From contig JABFSR010000061.1 in the NCBI GenBank assembly GCA_013140495.1, forward strand, positions 17,873 to 81,872: 64,000 bases of DNA, written 5' to 3'. This document shows positions 13,167 to 20,850 of the stretch, in pieces. The position numbers were made by a program, and so were the translations under genes. Under the pieces are notes generated by a model. That model saw only the letters and a list, made by a program, of their open reading frames with translations, did not search any database and was not told the DNA's origin. Positions within the stretch are counted from its first letter, which is position 1; the number at the start of each line of letters is the position of its first letter. This stretch comes from Verrucomicrobiota bacterium (lineage in GTDB: Bacteria > Verrucomicrobiota > Verrucomicrobiia > Limisphaerales > JADLHS01).

Positions 13167-16051
13167 TCACGCCGCTTCTGTGCACGCTTCTTCGCCTCAA
13201 GCAACCGACTTGTCGTTCGTGGCTCATCTTCTTTGATCTCATCAGTTTTTTTCGCCTGAGGAGCAACCGCCGACTCAGGTGATGACCTTACCGTGGGAGT
13301 TTGACTCTCGCTTCCAGGTAATTCAATCGGGGCTGCTGGCTGCGTGGGCTGAAACAACTCCGGACGAGCCTCACCAGCCGCTGTTTTTGTTGAGCGCACA
13401 TGACCACGCTTGGCAAGCAAAGCTCCGAGTGATTCCTCCTGCTCTGAGGTTCGCGGCCTGACTTTGCCGAACAACAATACGCGCCGCGCTGCCGCCAGTA
13501 CCTTGTCCCATTCCTCACGTTCGATCTGCACACGCCGAACCCCCACGTCCAATACGAACAGAATCACTGCCAGTTTCAACAGCCATTCCCAAAGGTCAAC
13601 TGGCTGGAAAGTCTTCTTGCGATCGTGCGTGAACGGATTCTCCGCCGGGTTCTCAGGATCAAGCACCTTGCCACCTCCACTCTCAGCAATACGTCTTAGC
13701 AAATTCAAATTTGGCTCCGGCGCGGCGTACTCAGGAGAAAAATTCACACTTGTGCCCACCACCTGCGAGCCTACTGCCTTGCCGTTTTCCATCTGCATCA
13801 GGTTCACGAGATACGCACCCACTTCCTTCGTCGGGAACTTCGCTTCATAATGTCCCGGTCCGCTCTGCTCCAGACGCACATTCACACGCTCTCCCTTGGG
13901 GCTCACCACTGTCGTTTGCAAATCGAGAAAGTTCCGGTAATTCCCCCTTTCATCCAAAGCCTCTACACTGATTGTTCCAATCCCATTTTCCACATTCACT
14001 TCCGTACTGAAATCTGAATTCTCCAATCGCCTCAAACTCCATTGCGCGATTTGCGACCAAAATTGCTTGTAGCGTTCCCAACCCAGCCAGGTTTTTGCCC
14101 ACTTCGGTCGCGCATCCGAGGTAAACGCCACCGCACGGCCCAGTCCATATTGCCAATGCGCGAGCAGCGGATCGCCCTTGGGCGTGAACAGTGGCGTTTC
14201 GGCGCGAGGCTTGACCGTTGTCGCCACGTAGCCGAGCAAGTTCGGATATTCCTCCGCACCGATGCCGCGAATCACCTCGGACGACGAACGCAATTGCGGC
14301 TTGAAAGGCTCTTCGTAAATAGCCGACTTCAAAATCACCGCCGTCTCCTTGATGAAAATCTGAGGCAACATCGCCGACGAAGTCACATTGTAGAACCGAC
14401 CTTTGCCTTGCTCGGCGATTGAAACCATCGTGTCCGGCCCGGAGTGCCCCGCAATCAGAACAGTGCTTACCGTGATTCGATCCGAAACCATCTGCTGCAT
14501 GAGCGCCGTTGAAGGCGGACCCGGATCACCGTCGCTGAAAACAATCATGTGTTTCAGATTCGCCGTGGATTTCTTCAAAGCCTCGTAGCCTTTCTCCATC
14601 GGCCCTTGGAATGCCGGCATGTCACCCTGGTTCATTCCCGCGATGGCACGTCCAGCCTCGCGCTTGTCACCCACCTTCAATAGTGGCAGCAACCACCGCT
14701 CCGTCCCGTCCCACAAAACCACGCCCATCTCATCGTCCGGCCCGAGTGCCTGCAAACAACCGAGGGCACAATCCCGCGCCACCTGATTCCCGTTCGCAAA
14801 TTCCATCCCGTGCATGACCAACACCACTGCGCCACGCGGCAAAACTTTCTTGCTGTCCAATTCCATGCTCACAGGCAGCGTCGTTTCGAGCGGCGTACTG
14901 CGATAACCACCCGCCGCATACGCCTGATCACCTCCCACGCAAACCAACCCCACACCAAAATCCCTCACCGCGCTCTCAAGCAGATGCATCGTGTCGCGCC
15001 CCAGATCACCCGCCGCAATGTTGCTCAGAAAGATGGCGTCATAACTATCCATCTCTGCGAGTGTATTCGGAATTTTCTCCACTCCACCAAGCCGCACATC
15101 AAGCCGTGCCGTCTGCAATGCCGCCGCCAGTTGTTTATCCTGCTCCACATCCGACGAGATAATCAGCACGCGCGGATCACCCTTCACGCCCGCAAAACCC
15201 GCCGCGCGATTGTTTTGCGGCAGCGGATCGCTTTTTGCGTCCACGCGCACGTCGTAACTGTAAAATCCGGCATCCGGCAGTGTCTGGGGAAAGCTGAAAA
15301 GATTCTTCCCGGCTGAAAGCTCCACCTTTTGTTCGCCGAGAAATTGTTCGTTGCGATACAACCGCACCATCGCCGGAGTCGCCACATCCGACTGGACGAA
15401 TATTTTCACCTCAAATGGTTGCCCCTTTTTCAACTTCGACGGCACATTGACCTTCTGCACGAACACATCACCGCCACGCGAAACCCCGAGCGGCAACACA
15501 TCCACCGTCACACCAAGCGCACGACCTGAGAGCACTGCGCCCATTGCATCTCCCATGTTCTCATTCCCGTCGGACATCAACACCAACCGCTTCTGCCCCG
15601 TTTCAGCAAACGCCGCCGTTCCGAGCCTTAACGCTGAAGCGATGTCCGACCGTTGCGTATCCACCACCGCTTCCACTTTTTCGAGATCAATCGCCGCGTT
15701 TGGCATCCGATCAATACTCGCATCCGTCCCGAATACGATCACTCCCGCCCGATCCTGCTTGCTCTTCTGATCGGACATCTTGTTCACGAGTTTCTTTGCC
15801 GCGTCCTGCTGCTCCGACGGCACGCTGTCAGAACGATCCAGCACAAAGAATACATTCATCCCGTCCACACGCCGCTTCCACTGCAATCCCGCAAGCGCAA
15901 AAACAACAAGCAACGTCACAACCACGCGAATCGTCAGCGCCAGCCACTTCCGCCATGGACTCAACTGCGCCTCCGTTCGCCAGCCCAGCCAGAAAATCCA
16001 AGCCAGCGCCGGCAACAGCGCGAACAGCCAATATGGATGGGTGAATTGCAT
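13163..16051 (-). CDS. large membrane protein with a BatA-type N-terminal double-TM domain plus VWA domain(s)
   Basis: Track ORF of 962 aa. MQFTHPYWLFALLPALAWIFW..., then VFFVLDRSDSV (VWA MIDAS-like), and a second VWA-like segment (MIVFSDGDPG). Confidence 0.8.
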   Translation of the reverse strand: MQFTHPYWLFALLPALAWIFWLGWRTEAQLSPWRKWLALTIRVVVTLLVVFALAGLQWKRRVDGMNVFFVLDRSDSVPSEQQDAAKKLVNKMSDQKSKQDRAGVIVFGTDASIDRMPNAAIDLEKVEAVVDTQRSDIASALRLGTAAFAETGQKRLVLMSDGNENMGDAMGAVLSGRALGVTVDVLPLGVSRGGDVFVQKVNVPSKLKKGQPFEVKIFVQSDVATPAMVRLYRNEQFLGEQKVELSAGKNLFSFPQTLPDAGFYSYDVRVDAKSDPLPQNNRAAGFAGVKGDPRVLIISSDVEQDKQLAAALQTARLDVRLGGVEKIPNTLAEMDSYDAIFLSNIAAGDLGRDTMHLLESAVRDFGVGLVCVGGDQAYAAGGYRSTPLETTLPVSMELDSKKVLPRGAVVLVMHGMEFANGNQVARDCALGCLQALGPDDEMGVVLWDGTERWLLPLLKVGDKREAGRAIAGMNQGDMPAFQGPMEKGYEALKKSTANLKHMIVFSDGDPGPPSTALMQQMVSDRITVSTVLIAGHSGPDTMVSIAEQGKGRFYNVTSSAMLPQIFIKETAVILKSAIYEEPFKPQLRSSSEVIRGIGAEEYPNLLGYVATTVKPRAETPLFTPKGDPLLAHWQYGLGRAVAFTSDARPKWAKTWLGWERYKQFWSQIAQWSLRRLENSDFSTEVNVENGIGTISVEALDERGNYRNFLDLQTTVVSPKGERVNVRLEQSGPGHYEAKFPTKEVGAYLVNLMQMENGKAVGSQVVGTSVNFSPEYAAPEPNLNLLRRIAESGGGKVLDPENPAENPFTHDRKKTFQPVDLWEWLLKLAVILFVLDVGVRRVQIEREEWDKVLAAARRVLLFGKVRPRTSEQEESLGALLAKRGHVRSTKTAAGEARPELFQPTQPAAPIELPGSESQTPTVRSSPESAVAPQAKKTDEIKEDEPRTTSRLLEAKKRAQKRRE

Positions 16052-16053
16052 TT

Positions 16054-18735
16054 CTATTTTGAAGTCCTGAGTCCTGAACTCGCGAGCGCGCTTGGTGACT
16101 GTGGACTCTGGACTCTGGACTCTGGAATTCTCACGAGCTTTTGCACACGATGATTGAGAGCGTCTGCCACGTAAAGATTCTCGTGCGAATCAAAAGCGAT
16201 TCCCCACGGATTGCTGAACTCACCCGGCCCCGCTCCCGCCCTGCCAATGGTTTCGATCGGCTGACAATTTTTGTCGAAAACCTGGATGCGGCTGTTCCCA
16301 AACTCGCAAACGAAAATGTTTCCTGACTTGTCCACCTTGATGTCATACGGGTAACTCAATTCACCCAAACCCGAACCCGCCTTCCCAAACTCGCGAAGAA
16401 ACTTTCCGTCCGCCGAAAAAATCTGAATGCGATGATTGCACGAATCCGCCACATAGATTTTATCCTCGCTGTCCACACAGATGCCTTCCGCACGATTGAA
16501 CTCGCCCGGCCCATTGCCCGGACGACCGATCACCTGCAACACCGTCGCCTCGCGCTGCAGAGCACCGGTCTCCGACCCAGCGTGTTCCTGTGCCTTCGCC
16601 GACAAAGCCGTGTCCACCTTCGCATACGGCCAGTTCTTCTCGCTCGAAACTTCTGGAAGCGCGCCCGAACCCGACGAGCTTTGAACTTGAAACTTTGAAC
16701 TTGAAACTTTGAATCGTTGCACCCGCTCTGCCAGCGTGTATTCCGACACCAAGATTCCCCCGCGCGAATTCTGCGCAACTGATCTCGGCAACAGGAAACA
16801 GCCCTCATTCGTCCCGCGACAACCCCACTGAGCCACCAACTTACCGTCCGGGGTGAAATGGTTCACACGTTGATAATGAGGTTCGATCACGATGATGTTG
16901 CCGTCCCGATCATGCCCCATTCCTTTAGGCTTGCCCAAATCCGTTTGCGGCATTTGCCAGGTGAGCAAAAATTTCCCGTCCATTGAAAACTTTTGCACAC
17001 GCCCCGTCATGTCCACCACGTAAACATTTCCGTTCGTATCACACGCGACGGAGCGCGGCTTGTTGAATTCCCCGATGCCCACGCCGCGCGAACCGATGAC
17101 GATGGCGCGCTCAAAAAACTGACCTTGCAACGCGGCTTCGTGTTTTCCGTCTGATGGCGAACACCCGGGGCAAAAAATCGCAGTTCCAAGCACCAAAATA
17201 CAGAGAAGCACCAATCGCCTCACGCCATTCAACGCATCCGTCCCATAAGTCCCGACATTGGGAAGACAGGAACATTTTCCCCAGATCCATTTTGCCACGT
17301 TCCACGCCACCAACGGGAACACCGCCAACCCCAGCAGCGCCAGGCAAAGCGCATTCACCTGTGCCGCGTAGCCGTAATGCAGCAGATTGAATATTTTCAG
17401 CGCCAAGGTTTCGCCGCCGGGCGGTTGAACAATCACAATGGATTCCACATCCCACAGGCCCAGCAGATAGACCACATACCACGCTGCGAACATCTGCGGT
17501 GCAATCTGTGGCCAGATGACGAAGCGAAACATCTGCCACCGCGCCGCGCCTTCCAACCTGGCGGCGTCGGTTAAATCTTTGTCCACGCCTGCGACTGCGT
17601 GTCGCGCCGCCGTCCAAGCCAGCGCAAAATAGCGAATCACCAGCGCGAGCAGCACAATACCAGCGCTCTGATAAAACGCCGCCAACACGGGGCGATTGAA
17701 AACCTTGATGAGTGCTATACCGATGAGCACGCCCGGAATGAAGAACGGCAACCAAACGAGACTTAAACGCAGAGACGCAGAGAACGCGGAGAGCCACAAA
17801 GGTGAAAGACTTCTCTGCGTTTTCTCTGCGCCCTTTGCGTCTCTGCGTTGGAGGAAGCTTGTCGATAATACAAGCGCCGCCCCAATGACCACCGTCGCCG
17901 CCAGCGCCGCGAACCAAAACGAATTCCAGATCGTGCCGGTGCTGGCATCAATCGCGCCCGGGAGTTCGGCCCATGTTCGTTGCACGAAAACGATCTGCCC
18001 GAGCGGCAAACCGACAGATAGAACGCAAAGCAGTGTTGCCAACACGCCACTGCCGATTCGCCACGTTGAACCTAGTTGGCGACGAAAGACGCTGGCCGCC
18101 ACCGCGCCTTGAATTCGTGGCCACGCCACCGACCGACGCGTCGCCCACGCGAGCAAAAGCACTGGCGCAATCACCAGCGGCACGCTCAAGCGCAGCGCGG
18201 TCAGTGTGTCGAACTTGGTGTTGAACTGAACCCACATCTCGTCCGGCAGAACTTTGGTTTGCAGGATCGCCGGCACGGCAAAATTGTTCAGCGCGAGCAC
18301 GAACGTCAGTACCGCCGCCAGCGCCAGTTCACCTTTGGCGGCGGGAACAAGCAACCAGCGCAACAGAGAGAAGCCCGTCATCGCTGGTTCGCATTCAAGC
18401 TGTGCGGCTTCCAAACGCCGCCATGCCGCGAGTGCTGCGAACGATGTGATCGGCCATAGCAGCAGTGCCAAAATCCAGATCGTTCCGCCGAGCGAATAAA
18501 TCTTCAGCGGCAACCAGGCGCGTAGCACACCGGTTTCGCCCAGCAAACTGATCCAACAATTCGTAACGAGAAACGGCGGCAATGCCAATGCCACGACTGC
18601 CAGCGCGAGGAAAACATTTCGCCAGCGCGCCTCCAGCGTCGCCAGCCACAGCGCCGCCACGAGGCCAAAACCCACCGCCAGCGCCGTGGTCGTTCCGGCG
18701 AGCAGTAGGCTGTTCTGGAGCAACGGCCAGTTCAC
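16054..18735 (-). CDS. two-domain ABC importer permease (iron(III)/FbpB-like) fused in frame to an NHL-repeat beta-propeller
   Basis: Track ORF 16054..18798. The start is moved to GTG 18735, which overlaps the upstream stop (GTGA). It has two EAA-type loops (DAARLEGAARWQMFRFVIWPQIAP). After an internal lipoprotein-like signal (RRLVLLCILVLGTAIFCPGCS) come NHL blades (GEFNKPRSVACDTNGNVYVVD, GEFNRAEGICVDSEDKIYVAD, ...). Confidence 0.8.
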   Translation of the reverse strand: MNWPLLQNSLLLAGTTTALAVGFGLVAALWLATLEARWRNVFLALAVVALALPPFLVTNCWISLLGETGVLRAWLPLKIYSLGGTIWILALLLWPITSFAALAAWRRLEAAQLECEPAMTGFSLLRWLLVPAAKGELALAAVLTFVLALNNFAVPAILQTKVLPDEMWVQFNTKFDTLTALRLSVPLVIAPVLLLAWATRRSVAWPRIQGAVAASVFRRQLGSTWRIGSGVLATLLCVLSVGLPLGQIVFVQRTWAELPGAIDASTGTIWNSFWFAALAATVVIGAALVLSTSFLQRRDAKGAEKTQRSLSPLWLSAFSASLRLSLVWLPFFIPGVLIGIALIKVFNRPVLAAFYQSAGIVLLALVIRYFALAWTAARHAVAGVDKDLTDAARLEGAARWQMFRFVIWPQIAPQMFAAWYVVYLLGLWDVESIVIVQPPGGETLALKIFNLLHYGYAAQVNALCLALLGLAVFPLVAWNVAKWIWGKCSCLPNVGTYGTDALNGVRRLVLLCILVLGTAIFCPGCSPSDGKHEAALQGQFFERAIVIGSRGVGIGEFNKPRSVACDTNGNVYVVDMTGRVQKFSMDGKFLLTWQMPQTDLGKPKGMGHDRDGNIIVIEPHYQRVNHFTPDGKLVAQWGCRGTNEGCFLLPRSVAQNSRGGILVSEYTLAERVQRFKVSSSKFQVQSSSGSGALPEVSSEKNWPYAKVDTALSAKAQEHAGSETGALQREATVLQVIGRPGNGPGEFNRAEGICVDSEDKIYVADSCNHRIQIFSADGKFLREFGKAGSGLGELSYPYDIKVDKSGNIFVCEFGNSRIQVFDKNCQPIETIGRAGAGPGEFSNPWGIAFDSHENLYVADALNHRVQKLVRIPESRVQSPQSPSALASSGLRTSK
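16063..16126. repeat. inverted pair of tandem heptamer blocks
   Basis: (agtcctg)x2 at 16063-16077, then a spacer containing the palindrome ctcgcgag, then gactgtg plus (gactctg)x3 at 16097-16124. The blocks are complementary at 6 of 7 positions per unit. Confidence 0.85.
16560..16714. repeat. composite repeat inside the NHL coding region (R1 half-site plus tandem heptamers)
   Basis: gagcaccggtctccgacccagcgtgtt (16560-16586) matches 22701-22727 at 22 of 27 positions. Five heptamers tttgaac ttgaaac tttgaac ttgaaac tttgaat lie at 16680-16714. Confidence 0.75.
17766..17849. repeat. REP-like palindrome (ACGCAGAGACGCA family) inside the permease coding region
   Basis: aacgcagagacgca at 17766-17779 is the exact reverse complement of 17836-17849. 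The inner arms are imperfect. It is related to acgcaaagacgcaaag at 24725-24759. Confidence 0.8.
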
Positions 18736-19841
18736 CGCAGAAAAATTTCGTTCAATTGTTTGGTGGTCGTTTCCAGATCGCGGAGCAACGCATCCCAATC
18801 GGGTTGTCGGAGGGCGGAGCGCTGCGACGCTCCGGCTTCCGAGGTTGGGCCTCGCAGCGCTCCACCCTCCGAAGATTCCAGCGCTTTGGCTTGAACCAGT
18901 TTTTCTGCCACCTCGCGGCGCTGAAGGTAATCAAACAACTTCTGGGCGTTGGTCGGATGCGGCGCGTTGCGGATCACTCCCACCGTGTTCGGAATCAAAA
19001 GCTGCTCCTCACTGATCGGCAACATCGCCACCGGCGCTCCCTCCCGTTGGCCGGCGAAAATATCATCCGAGTCTGTCAAACCAATCCACGCTTCACCGCG
19101 AGCGACCTGTTTCACGACGACGGAGTTTCCGTCCACAATGAACGGCTTGTTCGCCGCCACGGCGCGACACCAAGCGAGCCAACGCTCCTCGCCCCAGAGT
19201 TGGCGCAGCGCGTGGAAGTGCGTGGCCGTTGTGCCGAATTGCGGGAAGGCCAGCGCGACTTTGCCGCGCCAGATTTCATTCGTGAGTTCGAGTAGGGATG
19301 TTGGAGCGCCGGCCTCCGGCACGGCGCGTTTTGGTAGCGTGGTTTCATCGAGCCGTGCCGGAGGCCGGCGCTCCGAAACCAAGTTCGTGTTGATGACGAT
19401 GCGGCGGCTGCGATAGCCGAAGGCGGCCCAGCCGTTGGTTTCGCGGAAGACGTTTTGCGCGGCGAGTTGGCGCGTGCGCATCTCTTCGTTGCCCCAGAAC
19501 ACGTCGCACTGCGGATGACTTCGCTCGGCGAGTAAACGATTCGCCAGTCCGACAGTCTTCACTGCTTCACTGTCATAAACGGCTTTGACCTTGATGCCGG
19601 TTTCCTTCTCGAACTCGCGCAGAATCGGCTCGGCATAGACTTGGTCTTGCGCGGCGTAAATGACCACCTGTTCGTTCAAAGTTGATTTCCTACAACTGAA
19701 ACCTCCGAGAAGCAGGGCAATCGAAACTGCGACAAGCCCGATGAACAGAAACGGATCGAAGTGCGCCACCATGCGAAAGAATCGCCAGAAGTTTTCCTTG
19801 GGATCGTAACTCTCCTTTCGTTTGTCGTTGGTCTTGCTCAT
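18732..19841 (-). CDS. ABC transporter substrate-binding protein (iron(III)/FbpA-AfuA-like)
   Basis: Track ORF 18732..19871, with the start moved to ATG 19841 (ATGA overlap with the upstream stop). It has an N-terminal TM/signal segment, then VVIYAAQDQVYAEPILREFEKETGIKVKAVYDSEA...DVFWGNEE. Confidence 0.8.
   Translation of the reverse strand: MSKTNDKRKESYDPKENFWRFFRMVAHFDPFLFIGLVAVSIALLLGGFSCRKSTLNEQVVIYAAQDQVYAEPILREFEKETGIKVKAVYDSEAVKTVGLANRLLAERSHPQCDVFWGNEEMRTRQLAAQNVFRETNGWAAFGYRSRRIVINTNLVSERRPPARLDETTLPKRAVPEAGAPTSLLELTNEIWRGKVALAFPQFGTTATHFHALRQLWGEERWLAWCRAVAANKPFIVDGNSVVVKQVARGEAWIGLTDSDDIFAGQREGAPVAMLPISEEQLLIPNTVGVIRNAPHPTNAQKLFDYLQRREVAEKLVQAKALESSEGGALRGPTSEAGASQRSALRQPDWDALLRDLETTTKQLNEIFLR
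18808..18871. repeat. REP-like palindrome inside the SBP coding region
   Basis: The 20-nt arms cggagggcggagcgctgcga and tcgcagcgctccaccctccg are complementary with one mismatch. The spacer is 24 nt. Confidence 0.85.
19303..19374. repeat. REP-like palindrome (GGAGCGCCGG family) inside the SBP coding region
   Basis: Perfect 22-bp inverted repeat: ggagcgccggcctccggcacgg (19303-19324) and ccgtgccggaggccggcgctcc (19353-19374). The spacer is 28 nt, so the element totals 72 nt, or 24 codons. Confidence 0.9.
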
Positions 19842-20848
19842 TTCAGGAAATGCTCGCGAAAGTATCTCCACTCGGGTTCGTCAGTTTCCCAATCACAATA
19901 AACCGCCAAACCTTGGTAATTCGTCGGAAGAGATTGCCGAGACAGCCCACGATGAATGCCAAGGAGAGCATTCCGCAGATTTTCAACGCGTGGATTGTGA
20001 TATTCAACACCTACGTCGCTGTAAGTTGGAACGCCGAGAAGCACCGGCTTGCCTTCGCTCCACGCGAGCACTTCGGTTGTCCAATCCGCCATCAATCGTT
20101 GGTAAAGCTTTGGGACGCGCAACGAAGTGTCGTACATCATCACCGCGAGTTGATCACATCGTTTTGCCACCTGCCGGAAATAATCTTCGCTCCAATGCAC
20201 TTCTTCCGAGGGTTGCCATTGTGTCGGCGGCGGATAGGCTGCAATCGAGAGCAACTTCCCCGGTGGCAAGGCGGCTTTAAGCTCCTCCAGCAGCTTCAAG
20301 AAGTCGGCGTCGCCGCTTGTCAACGGCTCGACGTTCAGGTGAACGCCTGCAAAACGCGGATGGACTTCAAAAAGTTTCCGCACTGAGGTCAGAAAGGTCT
20401 GTCGCCACTTCTCATTTCGATAACGAACTGCTCCGCCGTTTGGTCCACCAATCCACGGCATCACCCGGAAGCCGGCGAACTCGTCTAGGAAACTCTCCAC
20501 TTGATCCGCATCAACCGCCGGGATCGGTCCTTCAATGTCTGCCGGACAAAGATGCGGAAAAACATCCGTGATGTGATGCTCGCGGAATTTCGTCGCGAGC
20601 GCTCGAATTACTTTCCGGCTTCGGTAGTGACTTAGTTCATTCGTTTTCGCGTTTCGGATGAACCACCCATCGTCGCCCAGCCAACCGTGAGAAATCCAAA
20701 TCCCGTTGTGGTTGCGGTCGTGGCGACCATCGCGCACATCAAGTCCCGGCGACCAAGTCCAATAACAGACGGGCACGAGCAAAAGCACGCAAAAGCCCGG
20801 CACTATTGTGCGCCAAGGCGGCTGCTTGAGTTTTGTCCAGAGATTCAT
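19838..20848 (-). CDS. membrane-anchored hypothetical protein, possibly a GH18-like TIM barrel
   Basis: Track ORF 19838..20881, with the start moved to MNLWTKLKQ. It has an N-terminal TM helix. FAGVHLNVEP sits in the position of the GH18 DxxDxDxE strand, and an MMYD motif is present. The family assignment is tentative. Confidence 0.45.
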   Translation of the reverse strand: MNLWTKLKQPPWRTIVPGFCVLLLVPVCYWTWSPGLDVRDGRHDRNHNGIWISHGWLGDDGWFIRNAKTNELSHYRSRKVIRALATKFREHHITDVFPHLCPADIEGPIPAVDADQVESFLDEFAGFRVMPWIGGPNGGAVRYRNEKWRQTFLTSVRKLFEVHPRFAGVHLNVEPLTSGDADFLKLLEELKAALPPGKLLSIAAYPPPTQWQPSEEVHWSEDYFRQVAKRCDQLAVMMYDTSLRVPKLYQRLMADWTTEVLAWSEGKPVLLGVPTYSDVGVEYHNPRVENLRNALLGIHRGLSRQSLPTNYQGLAVYCDWETDEPEWRYFREHFLK

Positions 20849-20850
20849 CC

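Noticed and set aside
17111-17917. A 268-aa alternative-frame minus-strand ORF inside the permease region. Other nested ORFs in 16131..18649 were also considered.
   Set aside because: They overlap the 914-codon ORF, which carries recognisable ABC permease EAA loops and NHL repeats. The nested ORFs are Arg/Gly-rich with no motifs.
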